Of a stretch of 64,000 bases of DNA, positions 49,741 to 58,477 are shown piece by piece. This stretch comes from a virus (lineage: Duplodnaviria; Caudoviricetes). Where the stretch lies: the IMG/VR virus record IMGVR_UViG_3300020450_001133; one strand, given 5' to 3'. The notes under the pieces were generated by a model, which was not told where the DNA came from, made no database searches, and worked only from the letters and a program-made list of their open reading frames with translations. Position numbers and translations under genes: made by a program. The number at the start of each line of letters is the position of its first letter. Position 1 is the first letter of the stretch.

Positions 49741-49905
49741 TTAATCCTCTTTCTTGATTAGTGTCCAAATACCATATGCTAAACCGGCCCATGCCGCAAT
49801 TTTAACTATGCCACCGAACAAAATTATTGCTAGTGAACCAGCAATAATAACACCGCCGTCCCAACTAGTTCTCTCTTTAATTCTTGATTTTATATAATCT
49901 AACAT
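49741..49905 (-). CDS. small membrane protein (54 aa)
   Basis: Not in track; MLDYIKSRIKERTSWDGGVIIAGSLAIILFGGIVKIAAWAGLAYGIWTLIKKED; AGGAG SD; late motif 49929-49936. Confidence 0.75.
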   Translation of the reverse strand: MLDYIKSRIKERTSWDGGVIIAGSLAIILFGGIVKIAAWAGLAYGIWTLIKKED

Positions 49906-49927
49906 ATCTATCTCCTATGCTATGTTA

Positions 49928-50719
49928 CTATTTATCGTCTTTAGCAATGATGCCTGCACGTTCTACATACAAAGGCATAGCATGATCCGATACAAAATCA
50001 AAGAATTTGAATTGTTTTATTGCCGCCCAAATACCTCTCCATTGGTCTTTTACTCTTTGCCAATAAGTCATAGTTCTAATTTTTCCATGATGATTAATAT
50101 ACATTAATTTACCACCATGTACAAATAATAACCACGTAGGTGGTACACTAGGAACAATATCGTTGTTATTAACATAACGAATGTATGCACCAATATCGCA
50201 ACCCTCTAGGTGCTGACGGAACAATCTATTTCCTACTCTCGGTTGCCCATAAGTTCTAAGTTCCTTCACTGGAATACCTTCGTGTGTTAATGCTTCTGCA
50301 ACTAATACTGCCATTGCTCCACCTAAACTGTGACCAATAACATATACGTTTTCCTGTTTCTTTCTGTTTGCTTTTACAATTTCTAATACTTCATCAAATA
50401 TTAAATTAGTGTATTCATAAAAGCCTGCATGTACTCTACCGTTACGTGGATGTCTTACTGGATATGTTTTTAAATCTGCTAGTATGTCACTGAACTTAGT
50501 TGGTTCTGTGCCTCTACATGAAACAATAATACCATCGTCTCTTGTAAAAAACACCCATGCTTCTGCATCGCCATCTTTTACAAGAACTGCTTTCTTGCGT
50601 TTCATTTTAATTTGATTTTGAGCATCTTTTAACTCTTGCTCACTGAGATATGCCCTACCAGCCAACTTGGCTAAAACAGCCGCACGTTCGCCTTCGGAAC
50701 AGTCTGCTAACCATCCCAT
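49928..50719 (-). CDS. class 3 lipase (likely start 50719)
   Basis: RGTE oxyanion motif, GHSLGG nucleophile elbow, NNNDIVP, DHAM; AGGAG SD; late motif 50761-50768. Confidence 0.9.
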   Translation of the reverse strand: MGWLADCSEGERAAVLAKLAGRAYLSEQELKDAQNQIKMKRKKAVLVKDGDAEAWVFFTRDDGIIVSCRGTEPTKFSDILADLKTYPVRHPRNGRVHAGFYEYTNLIFDEVLEIVKANRKKQENVYVIGHSLGGAMAVLVAEALTHEGIPVKELRTYGQPRVGNRLFRQHLEGCDIGAYIRYVNNNDIVPSVPPTWLLFVHGGKLMYINHHGKIRTMTYWQRVKDQWRGIWAAIKQFKFFDFVSDHAMPLYVERAGIIAKDDK

Positions 50720-50779
50720 AATTACTCCTACATAATCATAATAGATTTCTATTATAGCAGTATTTATCTTTAAGTCCAT

Positions 50780-50812
50780 AAAAAAAGGGGCCTTATTAGA
50801 CCCCCTTTCTTT
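50780..50812 (-). terminator. rho-independent terminator
   Basis: G-run/C-run stem with U tail, about 25 nt after the -1 frame stop at 50837. Confidence 0.75.
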
Positions 50813-50908
50813 GTAGTTATGTAATTATGTTTATAATTAGCACTCCTTAGGATTGGCTTTACAATACCTTTTTAATTCTTTTATTAAAAGTTTTATATCA
50901 CCATCTAT

Positions 50909-50941
50909 GCCATTCTTGTCTGAATGGCTTAGTCCTTTTTT
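50909..50941 (-). promoter_or_regulatory. candidate programmed -1 ribosomal frameshift signal
   Basis: In-phase A_AAA_AAG (50941-50935), 6-nt spacer, GCCATTC-AGACAA-GAATGGC hairpin (50928-50909). Confidence 0.65.
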
Positions 50942-51213
50942 TCCGGAGTTTCTTTATCTTGTAATTCGTCGGTTTGATTATCAATTTCGTCACTGACAGT
51001 TTCTATTACACCACTAGAGACTTTCGCCGCTGTTGCTGTAATGTCTGATACATCTTCTAAAACTGCTGTACTTACAGTAGCAACACCTTTAACAGAACTA
51101 TCTATTACGCCTGTTGTGAAATCTTTTCCACCTTCAATGACTGCTCCAACTGAGGCACATGATGGTAGTAATACTAAACCAAGGATTGCAAGAAGTGAAT
51201 AAAGTTTATCCAT
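50929..51213 (-). CDS. lipoprotein (94 aa; predicted 125-aa frameshift isoform ending at 50837)
   Basis: Signal peptide with LLPSC lipobox, amphipathic repeats; late motif 51260-51267; AGGA SD. Confidence 0.75.
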   Translation of the reverse strand: MDKLYSLLAILGLVLLPSCASVGAVIEGGKDFTTGVIDSSVKGVATVSTAVLEDVSDITATAAKVSSGVIETVSDEIDNQTDELQDKETPEKKD

Positions 51214-51283
51214 ATCTTCTCCTGATTTATGTTATAAGCCAACTGCTATATAACAGTAATATTTATCATTATAACTGTATATT

Positions 51284-51619
51284 TCAATAGGTTAAAGAGT
51301 CTTTATATACAGGTTCGCCACCTAAACTATGTAGGTCTGCATACCATAATTCTTCTAATAGGATTTTTCGTGTGCTTTCATTTTCTGTAGCATTTATTAA
51401 TGTAATTAAATTTTCTCTATTGGATTGCTCTATCTGATAACATAACTCAACCCATTTGTACATAATAAAAAATGTTCCTGGAACAAAAATTATATAAAGC
51501 AGTTGTATTGGATAATAATATGCAACAAGTAATATGTGTAAACCAATTACAGTTGCTAATTGGATATGTACAGAACGTACATATTTCTTTATTGCTTTAT
51601 TGACTTGGATCTGACTCAT
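51284..51619 (-). CDS. hypothetical membrane protein
   Basis: 111 aa with two hydrophobic segments. Confidence 0.6.
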   Translation of the reverse strand: MSQIQVNKAIKKYVRSVHIQLATVIGLHILLVAYYYPIQLLYIIFVPGTFFIMYKWVELCYQIEQSNRENLITLINATENESTRKILLEELWYADLHSLGGEPVYKDSLTY

Positions 51620-51758
51620 ACATCACAGTTGTTGTACCACGCCAATAACCATCTAATCCTATGTCAACCATAAGTGCAATTAATAGTAGTGTCGCAATAA
51701 TGGAAAGGTATAGATTAATACCTGCGGATATTTTCATCCATTTGATTAGATGTTTCAT
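51597..51758 (-). CDS. small single-TM protein (53 aa)
   Basis: Not in track; MKHLIKWMKISAGINLYLSIIATLLLIALMVDIG...; TTGACA-16-TATAAT at 51765-51792, 6 nt before the ATG. Confidence 0.65.
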   Translation of the reverse strand: MKHLIKWMKISAGINLYLSIIATLLLIALMVDIGLDGYWRGTTTVMYESDPSQ

Positions 51759-51796
51759 AGGTATATTATAACAAATTTAAATCATTTGTCAACCAT

Positions 51797-51825
51797 AAAA
51801 AAAGACGCACTCCGAAGAGTGCGTC
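51797..51825 (-). terminator. rho-independent terminator
   Basis: 9-bp GACGCACTC/GAGTGCGTC stem, C(UUCG)G loop, U7 tail. Confidence 0.92.
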
Positions 51826-51869
51826 ATAAAATTGTTTGGGAGAATATAAAATTCTTAAATTTTTAAATT

Positions 51870-52049
51870 TTAAAAGCGAAGTATCGGTTCCATAGCAACG
51901 TACATGAACCAAACCATAAATGCCAAACTGCCTAAAGTGGCTATGTCATTACATAGTTGTCCACTAGGGCAATACTTCTCTTTAAAGGTTGTCCAGTTAT
52001 CTTTTGCAATATGAATTATCGATTTCGCATTACTCGTTGTACTGCTCAT
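51870..52049 (-). CDS. small protein with C-terminal TM (59 aa, start 52049)
   Basis: AGGAG SD; YCPSGQLC motif then hydrophobic helix. Confidence 0.7.
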   Translation of the reverse strand: MSSTTSNAKSIIHIAKDNWTTFKEKYCPSGQLCNDIATLGSLAFMVWFMYVAMEPILRF

Positions 52050-52082
52050 CTTAGAACTCCTGTAGTCTATATTAAATAGCAC

Positions 52083-52253
52083 TCCAGTTCACATTTCCTT
52101 ACGGACAATGCTCAGGGGTTAAAAGTTCCTAAACTTTTTTCAACTTCGTAATGTGAAAATAGTAACCACAATCTTCACCGACAGTTGCCAACACCTCTGT
52201 TGTGGAAGTCGGATTGCTTTAACTTCCAACCTTATTTATCAGAAGTTAAAGCA
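52083..52253 (-). ncRNA. candidate structured RNA leader / ncRNA
   Basis: Several complementary segments (see findings) downstream of late motif 52233-52240. Confidence 0.55.
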
Positions 52254-52289
52254 TGTGTTTAGTTTTGTGGTACTTTTGAATCGAAATGA

Positions 52290-52538
52290 TTATTTCTTTG
52301 ATGCTTTGAGTACTTCAGCGACTAAATCGTCTTTCTTTTTGCGTCTGTCTACTTCAACTCCAAACTCTCTACCTTTCTCTTCGATTTGTGCTTTAGTAAG
52401 TTTTGACAAACTTGCCTTAGTCACTTTCTCTGCAGGTGCAGGTTGAGCCGCTGGTGCTTTCGCTTTTGCCTTAACAGGTTCAACTGCTTTAGGCTCTTCA
52501 GACTTAAAAAAACTGATTATCCATTCGAAAAATCCCAT
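52290..52538 (-). CDS. small Lys/Ala/Pro-rich protein with Rho-N/SAP-like C-terminus
   Basis: LSKLTKAQIEEKGREFGVEVDRRKKKDDLVAEV pattern. Confidence 0.6.
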   Translation of the reverse strand: MGFFEWIISFFKSEEPKAVEPVKAKAKAPAAQPAPAEKVTKASLSKLTKAQIEEKGREFGVEVDRRKKKDDLVAEVLKASKK

Positions 52539-52539
52539 T

Positions 52540-53499
52540 TTATAAACTCCTGTCTAATGTCTCTAACAAATTAAACCTATCATTAAAAATTGGATGATTT
52601 AAGTTGTAAGGGTTAAATCTTTTAAAAGTTGTACTTGCTATTCTATTTGCAACAAGTGTAATTTTTTTATTAACTTTTAAATCCGTAATACTATTTATAT
52701 ATAATTCAACAGTATTTTTATCTAATCTTGGTAAAGATAGCAGTTCAAAAAGGGCAATATCGAACTCTAAGTAACTCATTCCTAGTTGGTCTGCATCACT
52801 ATTTGATATGCCTAAACCGTCAGTTGGAACTGCTTCTACCGTTGCTTGTGGTACATCTAACATCTTTGCTAACATAGGAACTTCCCAACTTTTGTTTAAA
52901 GATTGGATAGGTGCAATATCACCTACGTCACCATGTAGTGTCCAAAACCCTGCGGCTAGTTCACTAAAGTTATCAGTACTACCAACACACCCTGCAACTT
53001 TATGTGCAAGGTTATACAAAGTAATCATTCTAAGTCTTGCTCTGATGTTACCTTGTCTTTGTTGTACACGATATGTACCTGCTTCTAATTCATCTTTATC
53101 TATAATAAACTGTTGCATACTGTCAAACTGTTCACTTAAATCGTAACTATGTGATTCTAATCCAAGTGCTTCTATGTTTTCCAGTCCTCTGTCAGTTTCT
53201 TCTTGATTTTGATGTATAGGCATTGTTACACCATGTACTGTCCAGCCTGCTTCTTTAAACAAAGCGGCAGTTAAGGCACTATCAACGCCTCCACTCATTC
53301 CAACAACAACATCTTCAATTTGATGTTTGTCAGAGTATGCAGATAAATCATCTACTATGCTTTGCTTGATTGCGGCTAGTTCGCCTTCATTTGGATAAAG
53401 ACCATTGTTAATATGTGTTTCCAGTTTGTCTAAAAACCAACTATCAACATCTTCTTCCATCCCTGGAGTAATGTCTAATATTTTATCCTTCATGTTCAC
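52540..53499 (-). CDS. nadE: NH3-dependent NAD+ synthetase
   Basis: PP-loop GMSGGVDS, GNIRARLRM, GFWTLHGDVGDIAPI, PTDGL and DADQLGMSY motifs; no glutaminase domain. Confidence 0.9.
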   Translation of the reverse strand: MNMKDKILDITPGMEEDVDSWFLDKLETHINNGLYPNEGELAAIKQSIVDDLSAYSDKHQIEDVVVGMSGGVDSALTAALFKEAGWTVHGVTMPIHQNQEETDRGLENIEALGLESHSYDLSEQFDSMQQFIIDKDELEAGTYRVQQRQGNIRARLRMITLYNLAHKVAGCVGSTDNFSELAAGFWTLHGDVGDIAPIQSLNKSWEVPMLAKMLDVPQATVEAVPTDGLGISNSDADQLGMSYLEFDIALFELLSLPRLDKNTVELYINSITDLKVNKKITLVANRIASTTFKRFNPYNLNHPIFNDRFNLLETLDRSL

Positions 53500-54022
53500 G
53501 TTGTATCTCCTCGGGCGACTTTATTTTAATCATCGCTCCAATTTTATCTCGACTAACTTTTCTTCTTAGCCAAAATTTCAAATCCTTTACAGGCTTTCCT
53601 TCATCTAAAAAGAAAGACCCCATTTTGCCATGTTTGCCTTTTATAAAAAGTGTCATAGCATATCCACCTTCTGGTATTTCAACTCTATGGAAGTCATTGT
53701 GTGAACGCCAAGCAAACCAGCCTGGTCCTCTCCACTTTCTCTCCTCTCCTCTTACCTCATAGTATCCTCCCGACAGTATGAGTGTAAAATATCCCCAGGG
53801 GTGATTGTGTTCGACAGGTAAATCACTGCCTAATATTAGATTGAAACAAACTCTTCCTGCACCATACTTACCAGCAATTCCATCTTGAAATATTTGTCTG
53901 CCTAAAAATACCCTGTGCATATATTCTTGCCCAGTGTATATATTAGTTAATGTTTCAGTGCCTCGTTTCTTTGCTAGGTACCAAAATAGTTTCTTCCACA
54001 TGTTACTATTTACTTCATTCAC
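53483..54022 (-). CDS. cupin-fold protein
   Basis: HNHPWGYFTLILSGGYYE and HRVEI cupin motifs. Confidence 0.7.
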   Translation of the reverse strand: MNEVNSNMWKKLFWYLAKKRGTETLTNIYTGQEYMHRVFLGRQIFQDGIAGKYGAGRVCFNLILGSDLPVEHNHPWGYFTLILSGGYYEVRGEERKWRGPGWFAWRSHNDFHRVEIPEGGYAMTLFIKGKHGKMGSFFLDEGKPVKDLKFWLRRKVSRDKIGAMIKIKSPEEIQREHEG

Positions 54023-54024
54023 TC

Positions 54025-54056
54025 AAAAAGAAAGGCACCATTTGGTACCTTTCTTC
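54025..54056 (-). terminator. rho-independent terminator
   Basis: AGAAAGG.ACC/GGT.CCTTTCT stem with U tail. Confidence 0.75.
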
Positions 54057-54076
54057 TGTTTAATAAGTTTTAAGAC

Positions 54077-54445
54077 TTATAGGTCAAATGCTGTAATTGC
54101 CGCACCTGCTAGGTTGACTCCGTCAACTGTGCCTAATGCTTGTACAACGTCTTCCAAGTGAGCCGCTAGTGATTCACTGTTAGATCCATCATATGTATCT
54201 GTTCCGTGTTCACCTTCGAAAAGAACTTTAAGTCCTTGTCCAGTTCCACCTGTGTTGTCAACTGCACCAATGGCGAATGCTGTTAAGCCTTCGTTCATGA
54301 TTGCTTTCATTGTTGCGTCTACGGCTGATCCAACTGCCAATTTTGCTGAACAGTCAGCACCGAAATCAATTTGGATTCCAGCGATTACTTTACCGCCTAC
54401 GTGACCTGCGGCTACTGCCGCTCCTGCGTTTTGAGTTTGTGCCAT
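54077..54445 (-). CDS. small late/virion protein, paralog of 19663-20007
   Basis: QALGTVDGVNLAG motif; AAGGAG SD; CTAAATA motif 54523-54529; own terminator. Confidence 0.65.
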   Translation of the reverse strand: MAQTQNAGAAVAAGHVGGKVIAGIQIDFGADCSAKLAVGSAVDATMKAIMNEGLTAFAIGAVDNTGGTGQGLKVLFEGEHGTDTYDGSNSESLAAHLEDVVQALGTVDGVNLAGAAITAFDL

Positions 54446-54604
54446 TTTATGACTCCTTAATTTCTAGTGTAATACGGTTAATCCTACGTTTTTTTATTAA
54501 CTCTATATTACTTTGTTACTAGTATTTAGTAAAAATTAAGGAAAATTTAAAGTTATAGATTAAATAATTTCTCCGAAATTACTTAATTATTGTGAAATTA
54601 TTTG

Positions 54605-55399
54605 TTAATTATCTCTAATTTTTTTATTAGAACTTACTGCTTTACGCAATACACTCATTTTGATGTTCTTTTTGTCAGCATAATTTAATAATGCTTCTGT
54701 GTCTTTTGGGAAACAATGCCCACCAAAACCTTGTTTACCATCTGGTCCTGGTACTTGCATGTGTGATTTACCCACACGTTCATCTCTGCTTAACATATCT
54801 GTGAATTGTTCCCAACTTACCATACTAGTACCTAACTCATGTAATGTCTTTAATTCGTTAAAAAACATTACTTTGGTTGCTAACCAACTGTTAATACTGT
54901 ATTTTAATAAACTTGCAGTGGTTAAATCTACTTTGAATGTAGGCACTATCTTAACAGAACTATGTCTTAGATATGCTTTTTCAACTACTTCACAGTCTTT
55001 CCATTTGCCTCCAAACACTTGAAATGGAGGGTTTTTAAAGTCTTCATCTGCATTTGATTCTGTTAGAAACTCTGGATTATACACTATTTTAAGGTCAAAA
55101 CACTTCTTAAATTCATGTAAATAATCTGGTATAATTGTACTCTTAATAACACAAACTCCCTTGTAATGAAGCATATCTAACTCTGTGAGTACTTCTTTTG
55201 CTATTGTAGTATCGCAACCACCATCTTCTGCTATGGGTGTTGGTACACATATAAAAAGAAGTGGTGGCCCAAACTCGACAAGTTGTTCAAGTGTGTTGTC
55301 TGAAAATTGTGGGTCCACCACAAACTGTTCGACATCACGGTCAAAGCCGTTTGCTACTGCTGAGCCTACAAAGCCTTTACCAATGATGCCTAATTTCAT
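54605..55399 (-). CDS. UDP-glucose/GDP-mannose dehydrogenase-like protein lacking the C-terminal domain
   Basis: GIIGKGFVG, ICVPTP, KST, YNPEFL, KYSINSW and catalytic GFGGHCFPKD; only 264 aa. Confidence 0.85.
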   Translation of the reverse strand: MKLGIIGKGFVGSAVANGFDRDVEQFVVDPQFSDNTLEQLVEFGPPLLFICVPTPIAEDGGCDTTIAKEVLTELDMLHYKGVCVIKSTIIPDYLHEFKKCFDLKIVYNPEFLTESNADEDFKNPPFQVFGGKWKDCEVVEKAYLRHSSVKIVPTFKVDLTTASLLKYSINSWLATKVMFFNELKTLHELGTSMVSWEQFTDMLSRDERVGKSHMQVPGPDGKQGFGGHCFPKDTEALLNYADKKNIKMSVLRKAVSSNKKIRDN

Positions 55400-55665
55400 A
55401 CTTTACCTTTTAATCTGTTCATTAAGTATATATCTTCATATGGTTCTTCTCCTGAATAAGTTGGCGCATCTACTAATGCTTCATCAACTGCATTTTTGAT
55501 ATCCCATAACCTTTTCTTCATATCCGAACCTGTCCAACCATCATTACGAGGGTTATTCATTTCAAACTTTAGTTCCCATATAATGTGTTCTGCTTTTTTA
55601 CTATCTGGTATAATCATTCCTTCTCTGTTATAATATATTCTTTCATTATGTGCATTGTCGCTCAT
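55396..55665 (-). CDS. hypothetical protein
   Basis: 89 aa, ATGA overlap. Confidence 0.65.
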   Translation of the reverse strand: MSDNAHNERIYYNREGMIIPDSKKAEHIIWELKFEMNNPRNDGWTGSDMKKRLWDIKNAVDEALVDAPTYSGEEPYEDIYLMNRLKGKV

Positions 55666-55670
55666 AACAC

Positions 55671-56729
55671 CTATTCGGAAACTTGATAACCTTCATATAC
55701 AGGGTTATAAGTTTTTCCACCATTAACTTGTACAAAGGTTGTGCATTTAGACAAGTTTTTCAACTTATCAGCACCAACATAAGTACAAGCAGAACGCAAC
55801 CCTCCCAAAATATCGGTGACCACATCATTAACGGTCCCTTTGTAAGGAATGCGTACAACTCTTCCTTCGCTCGTTCTATGTTCTTGAACTCCACCTGATT
55901 CCTCCTGTGCTACTGTGGTACTGCTACCAAAAAATTCAACTGTACCACCATCACGGACTTCATGTCCGATTCCTTCTTTTGTTCCTGCCATCATGCCACC
56001 TAGCATTACGAAGTCAGCACCGGCACCAAATGCCTTTGCTACATCACCAGGGCTAGTACAACCACCGTCAGCAATGATATGACCGCCAAGTCCATGAGCC
56101 GCGTCAGCACACTCCATGACAGCGGAGAGTTGAGGATATCCGACTCCAGTTTTAATACGAGTAGTACAAACACTACCAGGCCCAATACCAACTTTAACAA
56201 TGTCTGCTCCTTTTAGTAATAGTTCTTCTGTTATATCAGCAGTTACAACATTACCTGCAATAATAACTATGTTAGGATACTTCTCTCTAAAACGTGCTAC
56301 ATAGTCTAAAAAACGTTCACTATAACCATTAGCAACATCTAAACAAACATAGTCTATACTTCTTGACAGTTTAAGTGTAGCATCAATTCTTTCAATGTCT
56401 ACATCTGTTATACCTGTTGTTACTGCTATGTTTCTACATAAGTCAGGCTTATGTACATGATTGTTAATCCAATCCCAAATGTCTGCAGGTTGATAGTTTT
56501 TATCTAAACATGTAAACATTGGTACTTTAATAAGTTCTTCTGCCATTCTAAATGTGCCAACACCTTGCATGTTAGCCGCCATAATAGGAATGCCATCATA
56601 TGTTCTGCCACTGTTTAAGAACTTATATTGTCTTTTAAGTTCGACATTCTTTCTACTTCCTAATCTACTTCTCTTAGGACGTAATAGTACATCTGAATAA
56701 TCTAATTTAATATCTCTTTCTATCTGCAT
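55671..56729 (-). CDS. guaC: GMP reductase
   Basis: [40 protein letters not shown] and IIADGG motifs; no CBS domains. Confidence 0.93.
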   Translation of the reverse strand: MQIERDIKLDYSDVLLRPKRSRLGSRKNVELKRQYKFLNSGRTYDGIPIMAANMQGVGTFRMAEELIKVPMFTCLDKNYQPADIWDWINNHVHKPDLCRNIAVTTGITDVDIERIDATLKLSRSIDYVCLDVANGYSERFLDYVARFREKYPNIVIIAGNVVTADITEELLLKGADIVKVGIGPGSVCTTRIKTGVGYPQLSAVMECADAAHGLGGHIIADGGCTSPGDVAKAFGAGADFVMLGGMMAGTKEGIGHEVRDGGTVEFFGSSTTVAQEESGGVQEHRTSEGRVVRIPYKGTVNDVVTDILGGLRSACTYVGADKLKNLSKCTTFVQVNGGKTYNPVYEGYQVSE

Positions 56730-57079
56730 AAAATCACCAATAAAACGTATGTCATAAAATGTAGGAATTGGTCAACACCATGTGCTACCCAATACATTTG
56801 GTCACTAGGACCTAACTTCCTTGTCTTCCAGAAGTTACTTTTTACATAGTCTACGTGATAATGTATTACACTATCCAATAGACCTAGTAATATAGAAAAG
56901 AATATAGGAAATCCAAACCAGGTAATTACGGCAGTAGTTAAAATACCATGCCACCCACTATGTGCTAATCCTCCCCAAGCACCATAGTTGCCTTTATCCT
57001 TTATCATCCAACTGTATTGCATGAAGTAATCTGCAATAACATGTTTTATCATTAGATATGTAATCAATTTTAATTCCAT
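56720..57079 (-). CDS. DUF3307-like membrane protein
   Basis: KHVIADY.MQ, H..WHG, IHYHVD and DQFLH motifs. Confidence 0.75.
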   Translation of the reverse strand: MELKLITYLMIKHVIADYFMQYSWMIKDKGNYGAWGGLAHSGWHGILTTAVITWFGFPIFFSILLGLLDSVIHYHVDYVKSNFWKTRKLGPSDQMYWVAHGVDQFLHFMTYVLLVILCR

Positions 57080-58338
57080 ATTTGTGCCTCAACACTATTT
57101 AATCTTTGGTCTATACTCATTTGTAATAATCTTCGCCAATTATGTAATGCACATGCTCTTAAGTATTTTTCATTTTTATCTACAATATTATTCATGTCTT
57201 TAATAATGTCTATGATGTTCTCATTTGTTTTTATAAAGTCATCTTCTACTATATAATCACCAAAGATATCTCTATAACTTTTAAATCCTAATTCTTCTAA
57301 AAACTCTAAAGAACCATAACTGCCATTTACAATAAAGGGCAACCCATACTGTATTGCTTTATATGTTTTTTCAGTAATATGCTTCATGCCAGAATTACAG
57401 CCTTCCCACCATGTTTCATTTGATATCCAAACTTTTGCATCTGTAATCCATTCATATGCTACACTTCTATCATTTAAAATTTCTTTATTGTCTCTTACAA
57501 ACTTGTTTGTTTCTGTAGGTTCATACAAAGTATCTTGAAATCGTTTATCATAGGATCCTACTATATTAAATTCTTGCATGTTTTCAACTTGCATTTTGTT
57601 CCACAAGTCTTCTCTATGTGGTTTTAGAAAACCAAACAAGCACACAAAGTCATGCTTTTTATCATTGATGTTAGATAAATTTTTTTCTATAAACTGCTCA
57701 TATCCTACTCTAAAATTATAAATCTTTTCAATCCAAGGAGCATGGTCTCTAAATGATCCGCCTTTTGTTTTACTTGTATTTGTTATAGTGCCATTAACAT
57801 CTTTAATCCATCTATCTGTAACATTATCCACATGAGCAATGGCTTCTAATAAAAATACGTCTGTTCTTACAAAATTAATGTGTGGGTATTTTTCATTCCA
57901 TGTTGTATCAAAATTATCCCATACAACAACAAACTTACTAGCAAGTTCTGACATATTAAAAAAGTCATCATTAACATCTATAGTTGTATTTTCTTGTAAA
58001 TGATATTTGTGGGAATTTTGAAATCCATATAAAAATGCTTCGTTTGGATTTGAAATTAAAATATTTCTATCTTTAACTAACTTTACTTTATGCTCGTCTT
58101 TTAATAGATGCCAATCTAAATCGCTTAGTTCGTATATTGCACTAGTGTCGTTATGGTCAATATTTCCCAGCAATTCTGTAAGCAATATTGTAGTATATTT
58201 TCTTGGTTCTTTATACCAAAAATTAAAGAGTCTTTCTGTAACAGTACCAGTAGCATGACTAAAGTCTATATCATTAACCCAAGGTGTTTCTGAAACTCCT
58301 ATTTGTAAGGATTTGTCTACTATTACTTGTACAATCAC
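57070..58338 (-). CDS. hypothetical protein, possible glycosyltransferase-like fold
   Basis: C-terminal ITEKTYKAI..GLPFIV.G...LEFLEELGFKSY pattern reminiscent of GT-B nucleotide-sugar binding. Confidence 0.55.
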   Translation of the reverse strand: MIVQVIVDKSLQIGVSETPWVNDIDFSHATGTVTERLFNFWYKEPRKYTTILLTELLGNIDHNDTSAIYELSDLDWHLLKDEHKVKLVKDRNILISNPNEAFLYGFQNSHKYHLQENTTIDVNDDFFNMSELASKFVVVWDNFDTTWNEKYPHINFVRTDVFLLEAIAHVDNVTDRWIKDVNGTITNTSKTKGGSFRDHAPWIEKIYNFRVGYEQFIEKNLSNINDKKHDFVCLFGFLKPHREDLWNKMQVENMQEFNIVGSYDKRFQDTLYEPTETNKFVRDNKEILNDRSVAYEWITDAKVWISNETWWEGCNSGMKHITEKTYKAIQYGLPFIVNGSYGSLEFLEELGFKSYRDIFGDYIVEDDFIKTNENIIDIIKDMNNIVDKNEKYLRACALHNWRRLLQMSIDQRLNSVEAQIWN

Positions 58339-58339
58339 T

Positions 58340-58477
58340 CTACCACCACTTAAGATGTTGTGGTAGTCTGTTTTTAATAGGTCCTAATATCTTTTCTTCA
58401 ATTGGTCCTATAAAACGGGGTCTTGGAATGAACCACCCTAAAATAACTCCCAGGATGATTAATAACAAAGTATCCAT
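58340..58477 (-). CDS. small membrane protein (45 aa)
   Basis: Not in track; MDTLLLIILGVILGWFIPRPRFIGP...; AGGAG SD. Confidence 0.6.
   Translation of the reverse strand: MDTLLLIILGVILGWFIPRPRFIGPIEEKILGPIKNRLPQHLKWW

Noticed and set aside
52083-52253. Assignment of the structured leader to TPP, SAM-I, cobalamin, glnA, manA or hammerhead families
   Set aside because: Only fragmentary resemblance (e.g. CUGAG, GGCAAC, CGUAAGGAA); conserved cores are not in the right order, so it is left unassigned
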